This document shows positions 59,851-64,000 of a stretch of DNA of 64,000 bases, in pieces. Below the pieces are notes generated by a model that had not been told where the DNA came from, ran no database searches, and saw nothing but the letters and a program-made list of their open reading frames with translations. The stretch is from Chloroflexota bacterium (lineage in GTDB: Bacteria > Chloroflexota > Anaerolineae > UBA1429). The position numbers and the translations under genes are program-made. Position 1 is the first letter of the stretch. Each line of letters starts with the position of its first letter. Location of the stretch: the NCBI GenBank assembly GCA_019873625.1, contig JAIOAW010000003.1:39675-103674 (forward strand), written 5' to 3'.

Positions 59851-62048
59851 GCCGCCTCGGAGGCGGGGGATTTGCCCTGGGCAAGGAGGCGCAGGCCGTT
59901 CAGCGTCACCAAGATGGCTGCACCCGTATCGGCCAAAACGGCCATCCATAGCGTGGAATAGCCCGCGATGGCCAACCCTAAGAAGAGGGCCTTGATGACC
60001 AGGGCAAAGGCCACGTTCGCACGGACGATGCGCATAGCCCTTTGGCTAAGGCCCACGGCGAACGGCAAGGCGCGCAGATCGTTTTGCATCAGGGTGATAT
60101 CAGCCGTCTCCAGGGCGGCGTCGGCGCCCGTCTTGCCCATCGCGATGCCCACGGAGGCTTTGGCGAGGGCCGGCGCGTCATTGATGCCATCTCCCACCAT
60201 AGCCAGGGATCCCCATTCCTCCTCTAGGCGAGAGACGAGGCCCTGTTTTTCCTCGGGCAACAGGCCCGCATAGACGGCATCCGCCCGGATGGCCTCGGCC
60301 ACGTGGCGGGCCGCCTGGGCGTGATCTCCGGTGAGGATGGCGACGTGCCGAACGCCCAAGCGCCGCAGGGCGGCGATGCTTTCCGCCGCTTGGGGGCGCA
60401 CGGCATCGGCCACGGCCCAATAGCACCGTTCGCCACAACAGGCATCGTGGGCCACGAGGACCGTGTAACCCTGCCTCTCGGCCTCTTTTACCTGCGAGCA
60501 AAGGGCGTCTTCGCCTTCAACGCCCAAGCACGCGTGGTAGAAGGCGTGGCTGCCGATGGCCACCTCGTGCCCCTGCACGCGCCCCGTTACACCCAGGCCG
60601 GGGTGGGCCATTACCCCTTCTGGGGCGAGATATTGGCCGCGCACCCCTTGGGCCTCCGCATAGGCGACCACGGCCTGCGCCACCAGGTGGCCGGATTGCT
60701 CTTCGATGGCGGCGGCCTTGGCGAGCATATCGCGGCAGAGGGCGCAGTGCGGGTCCGTCTCGCTGTGGAGGGTGCAGGCCCCCCCAACGATTTCTAAGTT
60801 TCCTTCGGTGAGGGTGCCCGTCTTATCGAAGGCGATGGCCTTGACGCGTGCCAGGGCCTCGAGGTAGCGCCCCCCTTTGATGAGCACCCCCGAGCGCGCC
60901 GCGCGCGCCAGGGCGCTGACCAGCGTAACGGGCGTGGAGATGACCAGCGCGCAGGGGCAGGCGATGACCAGGAGCACCAACCCTCGGTAGAACCAGGTGG
61001 CCCAATCTCCCAGGCCGAGAAGGGGCGGCACGCAGGCTACGAGGAGCGCCGCCGCCATCACGGCGGGGGTGTAACGCTGTGCAAAACGGTCTACAAAGCG
61101 CTGGGCGGGGGCGCGTTCGCTTTGGGCCTGTTCCACCAGGCGCAGGATGCGCGCCAGGGTGCTTTCTTGGGCCAGGCGCGTCACGCGGATCGTCAGCGCG
61201 CCGTTGCCGTTGATCGTCCCAGCGTAGACGGCTTCCCCCGGCCCCTTTTCCACAGGCACAGATTCTCCCGTGATGGGCGCCTGGTTGACGGCGGAATGCC
61301 CCTCGACGATCGTGCCATCCATCGCGATGCGCTCGCCGGGCTGGGTGAGGATGAGGTCGCCGACGCGGAGTTCAGCCACCGGCACGCGCTCTCGCGTTTC
61401 GCCATTGAGGCGCGTGGCCTCATCCGGCGCGACGGCCATCAAGGTTCGGATGGCTCGGCGCGCCCGGTCGGCGCTGTAATGCTCGAGGAGTTCGCCCACC
61501 GTAAAGAGGAACATCGTCACGGCGCCTTCGGCATAGTCTCCCAAGGCCACCGCGCCGATGACGGCTACGGTCATCAGGGCGTTCATATCGAGGCTGTGGG
61601 CCGAGCGCAGAGTGGCCCAGGCGGCCTTGGCCACGGGCAGGCCCGCAAGCAGGATAGATGCCCCCAGGAGAAGGCGCGAAAGGAAGAGCGGCGCGCCTAG
61701 CCACTGGGCGGCGAGGCCCGCCGCGAGGGCTACCGCCGCGGCGATGACCCAAAAGGTGTGAGGCGCGTGCTCCGAATCGCCCCCGTGATGATGGGCTTCG
61801 TGGGCGGCGTGCTCATCCGTGAGAGGCTCGATGATGTAGCCCATCTCCTTGCCGAGGCGCTGAACCGACTCGACGAGGGAGGGGGTATCCCCTTGGGGCC
61901 AGATGCGCAGTTGCCCGGCCATAAAGGCGAGTTCGGCGCGGCGCACGCCAGGGAGGGCGGCTACAGCCGCCTCTAGGCGGCGGGCGCAATCGGGGCAATC
62001 TAGGTGGTGGATGGTGAAGGTGAGTGCGGTGGAATCTGTGGTCATCAT
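59847..62048 (-). CDS. Heavy-metal (Cd/Zn/Pb-type) translocating P1B-type ATPase.
   Basis: The N-terminal metal-binding domain has HLDCPDC. A His-rich stretch HEAHHHGGDSEHAPH follows. The transmembrane CPC motif is IACPCALVIS. The phosphorylation motif is DKTGTLT and the hinge is GDGINDAPAL. Confidence 0.9.
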   Translation of the reverse strand: MMTTDSTALTFTIHHLDCPDCARRLEAAVAALPGVRRAELAFMAGQLRIWPQGDTPSLVESVQRLGKEMGYIIEPLTDEHAAHEAHHHGGDSEHAPHTFWVIAAAVALAAGLAAQWLGAPLFLSRLLLGASILLAGLPVAKAAWATLRSAHSLDMNALMTVAVIGAVALGDYAEGAVTMFLFTVGELLEHYSADRARRAIRTLMAVAPDEATRLNGETRERVPVAELRVGDLILTQPGERIAMDGTIVEGHSAVNQAPITGESVPVEKGPGEAVYAGTINGNGALTIRVTRLAQESTLARILRLVEQAQSERAPAQRFVDRFAQRYTPAVMAAALLVACVPPLLGLGDWATWFYRGLVLLVIACPCALVISTPVTLVSALARAARSGVLIKGGRYLEALARVKAIAFDKTGTLTEGNLEIVGGACTLHSETDPHCALCRDMLAKAAAIEEQSGHLVAQAVVAYAEAQGVRGQYLAPEGVMAHPGLGVTGRVQGHEVAIGSHAFYHACLGVEGEDALCSQVKEAERQGYTVLVAHDACCGERCYWAVADAVRPQAAESIAALRRLGVRHVAILTGDHAQAARHVAEAIRADAVYAGLLPEEKQGLVSRLEEEWGSLAMVGDGINDAPALAKASVGIAMGKTGADAALETADITLMQNDLRALPFAVGLSQRAMRIVRANVAFALVIKALFLGLAIAGYSTLWMAVLADTGAAILVTLNGLRLLAQGKSPASEAA

Positions 62049-62059
62049 CCCTCGGCAAT

Positions 62060-62347
62060 CTAGGAATGCTCGACGTGGCGAAGCGCATCGCGAAAGATCA
62101 CGGCGATGTGCTCATCATCCAAACGGTAATAGACGCGCTGGCCCTCTCGGCGCCCGCGCACGATGCGCATACGCCGCAAAATCCCCAGTTGATGCGAGAT
62201 GGCCGATAGGCTCATCTTCAGCGCCTCCGCGAGGTCGCCCACGCTTTGCTCCTTTTCGGCTAAACAGGCGATGAGCCTCAGGCGCGTGGGGTCCCCTAAG
62301 GCGCGAAAGAGTTCGGCAAGGGTTGCGGAGGTTTGCTCATCCAACAT
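62060..62347 (-). CDS. ArsR/SmtB-family metalloregulatory repressor.
   Basis: The helix-turn-helix is LGDPTRLRLIACLAEKEQSVGDLAEALKMSLSAISHQL. It lies upstream of, and is co-oriented with, the P-type ATPase. The ATG at 62347 was chosen over the TTG at 62386 because the operator would otherwise overlap the coding sequence. Confidence 0.8.
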   Translation of the reverse strand: MLDEQTSATLAELFRALGDPTRLRLIACLAEKEQSVGDLAEALKMSLSAISHQLGILRRMRIVRGRREGQRVYYRLDDEHIAVIFRDALRHVEHS

Positions 62348-62362
62348 CGTATGGGCCAACCA

Positions 62363-62394
62363 TTGAATAATTGAACATATCTTCAACTATTCAA
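62363..62394. promoter_or_regulatory. 13-6-13 imperfect inverted repeat (TTGAATAATTGAA-catatc-TTCAACTATTCAA), the putative ArsR/SmtB operator. The -10 TATCCT (62395-62400) and -35 TTGACA (62418-62423) lie on the minus strand.
   Basis: Read directly. 12 of 13 positions are symmetric. It sits between the promoter and the arsR start. Confidence 0.6.
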
Positions 62395-62430
62395 AGGATA
62401 GCACGGCGCCGCCTTTTTGTCAACTCGAAC

Positions 62431-62451
62431 GTATGGGGCCATTCCCCATAC
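62431..62451. terminator. 8-bp perfect hairpin GTATGGGG-ccatt-CCCCATAC, between the O-antigen-ligase-like gene's stop and the arsR promoter.
   Basis: Read directly. A/T-rich flanks lie on both sides. Confidence 0.4.
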
Positions 62452-62466
62452 TTTAAAAGCGCGGTC

Positions 62467-63942
62467 TCAACGCTCCGGCTGGGAGGCGCTTTCGGCTTTG
62501 GCCATCTGGATGGCGCTCGCGCTGAGGCCGGCTGTCATCCACAAAAGGACGGTGGCGTGGGGGAAGGCCAAGTTGAAGAGATAATGGTCGAACAATCCCC
62601 CCACCATACCCCCCAAGATGGCCAGCGAGGTGCCATAAAGGATCGGCTCCAAAGGCGAATCGGCCGGGAGGCGGCGCCGAATGGCGAAAAAGGAGCCGAG
62701 GAGCGCCCCGAAGGTGGCCCAAAAAAGCGCCACGCCGATGATGCCCATCTCCTCGGCGATGAGGAGGTAGACGTTGGAAACGCCCAGATAGGTATCCACC
62801 TCCGGCGTGCCGGCGAACCCCACGCCCAACCACGGGTGCCGGGAGATGAGGATGAGCGCATCCTTGTACTCGCCGAAGCGCATTTGGGTGGCCAGGTCCT
62901 CGCCGCGCACGCCGGCGAGAAAATGCTCGATGTACACCCGCGTGGGCGGGAGAAGGGCCATTATCCCCAGGGCCAGGAGGCCGATCCACAGGAGCCGCCG
63001 ATGCCGCAGAAGGCCGAGCATCCCCAGGGCGACGGCCAGGCCCACGAAAGAACCGCGCGAAAAGGTCAGGATAAGGCAGGCCCCCATAAGCAGCGAACCG
63101 AGGGCCAGCCAGGGCCGGGGGAGCACGGGCCGGCGCCCCATCCACTGTGCCACGGTGATGGTGGTGGCAAAGATCAGAGCGCCCCCCAAGACGTTCGGAT
63201 CTATGGAGGTGGAGATGGCGCGCAGGGGCAACTCGGGGTTATCTTCGATGAAGCGCAAGACGTCTGGCCCGGAGGGATAGCGAACCACCCGCAAGGCCGA
63301 AAGGAGGCGGATGGCCACATTCTGCGGCAGGACGTACAGGACGATGCCGATGGCCGCCGAGGCGGAGGCGGCAAGGATGATGGCGAGGATGATGGCGCGC
63401 AAGGCTTGGGGCGTGCGCACCGTGTTCACCACGACGAAAAAGAACGAGATGCCGAGCACCACCTCAAAGAAGCGGCGCAGGATGTTCGCCGTGAGCGGCG
63501 CATGGCCCAGCCCCGCCACGAAGGCGACGACGGCCATCATCGCGAAGGCAAATACCCCAAGGGAGGGCGAGGGCGCGATGAAACGCTCCTCGCGGTGAGA
63601 GGCGATGCGGCTGATCCACACGAAATAGACGCCAAGGAGCGCCAAATCCAAAAAGGTGGGCGAAAAGCCGATATCTATGGGAAAGGCGGCGAAGGGTAGG
63701 AGGAAGATAATCCCCACGAGCAGCCAAAACCCCACGTGCAGATGGCGCAGCGCGGCATAGGCTAACGCGAGGCCCACGAGGAGCGCGCTCCCGAGGAGGG
63801 CGCCCAAAGCGCCCGTTATGAAGCCGATGGGCGCGGCGATGGCCAAGCACAAGAGGCCCACCGTGAGAAGGCGCACCTCACGCCGGGGATGAAAGAGACA
63901 TCCCTGCCAGAACGCGCGGTCAAATAGTCGAATCTTGGCCAT
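62467..63942 (-). CDS. O-antigen ligase / polymerase-family membrane protein (Wzy_C-like).
   Basis: 491 aa with about 12 transmembrane helices and a periplasmic loop carrying the TFSRGSF...G motif typical of O-antigen ligases. Confidence 0.65.
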   Translation of the reverse strand: MAKIRLFDRAFWQGCLFHPRREVRLLTVGLLCLAIAAPIGFITGALGALLGSALLVGLALAYAALRHLHVGFWLLVGIIFLLPFAAFPIDIGFSPTFLDLALLGVYFVWISRIASHREERFIAPSPSLGVFAFAMMAVVAFVAGLGHAPLTANILRRFFEVVLGISFFFVVVNTVRTPQALRAIILAIILAASASAAIGIVLYVLPQNVAIRLLSALRVVRYPSGPDVLRFIEDNPELPLRAISTSIDPNVLGGALIFATTITVAQWMGRRPVLPRPWLALGSLLMGACLILTFSRGSFVGLAVALGMLGLLRHRRLLWIGLLALGIMALLPPTRVYIEHFLAGVRGEDLATQMRFGEYKDALILISRHPWLGVGFAGTPEVDTYLGVSNVYLLIAEEMGIIGVALFWATFGALLGSFFAIRRRLPADSPLEPILYGTSLAILGGMVGGLFDHYLFNLAFPHATVLLWMTAGLSASAIQMAKAESASQPER

Positions 63943-64000
63943 ATGACAGGGTTCTCAGGCCCGTAGGCCCCTGAAGATGAGCCATCTCCCAGCCCCTTTC

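Noticed and set aside
62373-62384. GAACATATCTTC inside the arsR operator resembles a Cheo-type LexA box (GAAC-N4-GTTC).
   Set aside because: The critical second half-site is CTTC, not GTTC. The larger 13-6-13 symmetry, TTGAATAATTGAA / TTCAACTATTCAA, fits an ArsR/SmtB operator instead.
1-64000. Search for CRISPR arrays, insertion-sequence elements, integrases, tRNA or rRNA genes and toxin-antitoxin pairs.
   Set aside because: None were found. No regular repeat-spacer arrays are visible, and the only tandem repeats are coding (the binding-protein linker and the pseudokinase domain repeats). No transposase, integrase or recombinase motifs occur among the ORFs, and no cloverleaf-like tRNA candidates were seen in intergenic regions.

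Overview
This 64-kb window has high GC content (about 65%, estimated by eye) and is densely coding on both strands. I found no rRNA, tRNA, CRISPR array, transposase or integrase. The gene content suggests a chromosomal region of an anaerobic or facultative bacterium. The signals pointing that way are a pyruvate-formate-lyase-like glycyl radical enzyme, a pyrophosphate-dependent phosphofructokinase signature, the selenocysteine elongation factor SelB, and two aldo/keto reductase-ferredoxin fusions. A pentapeptide-repeat lipoprotein, a large multi-repeat pseudokinase and twin-arginine (Tat) signal lipoproteins on solute-binding proteins are loosely reminiscent of Chloroflexi-like genomes; that taxonomic guess is inference only.

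In order, the window contains:
- a carbohydrate ABC transporter (binding protein partial at the 5' edge, two permeases) and a TIM-barrel isomerase;
- a divergent glycyl radical enzyme with its own promoter, next to a murQ/murK-like pair;
- a roughly 15-kb sugar-acid/glycan catabolic island (10055-24676). It holds three RraA-family aldolase-like paralogs, an Ldh2-family dehydrogenase, a 2-hydroxyacid dehydrogenase, a GarR-like reductase, two short-chain dehydrogenases, a family-2 glycoside hydrolase (beta-mannosidase-like), a DUF4038-type hydrolase and a second ABC transporter. No transcription factor gene was recognised in it;
- a two-component pair whose genes converge and overlap by 179 bp;
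- the pyrophosphate-type phosphofructokinase, a nitroreductase and a secreted HExxH protease;
- a cell-wall cluster: a TPR/L,D-transpeptidase fusion, a coiled-coil protein coupled to SelB, and a LysM hydrolase plus amidase pair;
- a subtilisin with a stand-alone propeptide-inhibitor gene;
- a three-gene operon of a degenerate UvrD-like protein, a UvrD helicase and a Cas4/AddB-type iron-sulfur nuclease, behind a promoter that contains a perfect LexA (Cheo-type) SOS box. This is a split AddAB-like arrangement, and I rate it the most interesting candidate system in the window;
- a 1109-aa double-zinc-ribbon pseudokinase with seven DUF1573-like repeats, followed by a DarA-like PII-family gene and preceded by an unusual promoter-plus-hairpin leader;
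- DprA, a metal-efflux P-type ATPase under an ArsR/SmtB repressor with a recognisable 13-6-13 operator, and an O-antigen-ligase-like membrane protein.

A 16-nt motif (TT[G/T]ATAGAATAGGGG) recurs just upstream of two genes in the sugar-acid island. All coordinates come from reading the sequence together with the supplied ORF track. Position numbering was checked against the ORF track at several genes, but disagreed with it by one base at the 3' end of the arsR gene (about 62060), so coordinates near 62000 may be off by one. All product calls are motif-based inference without database searches.
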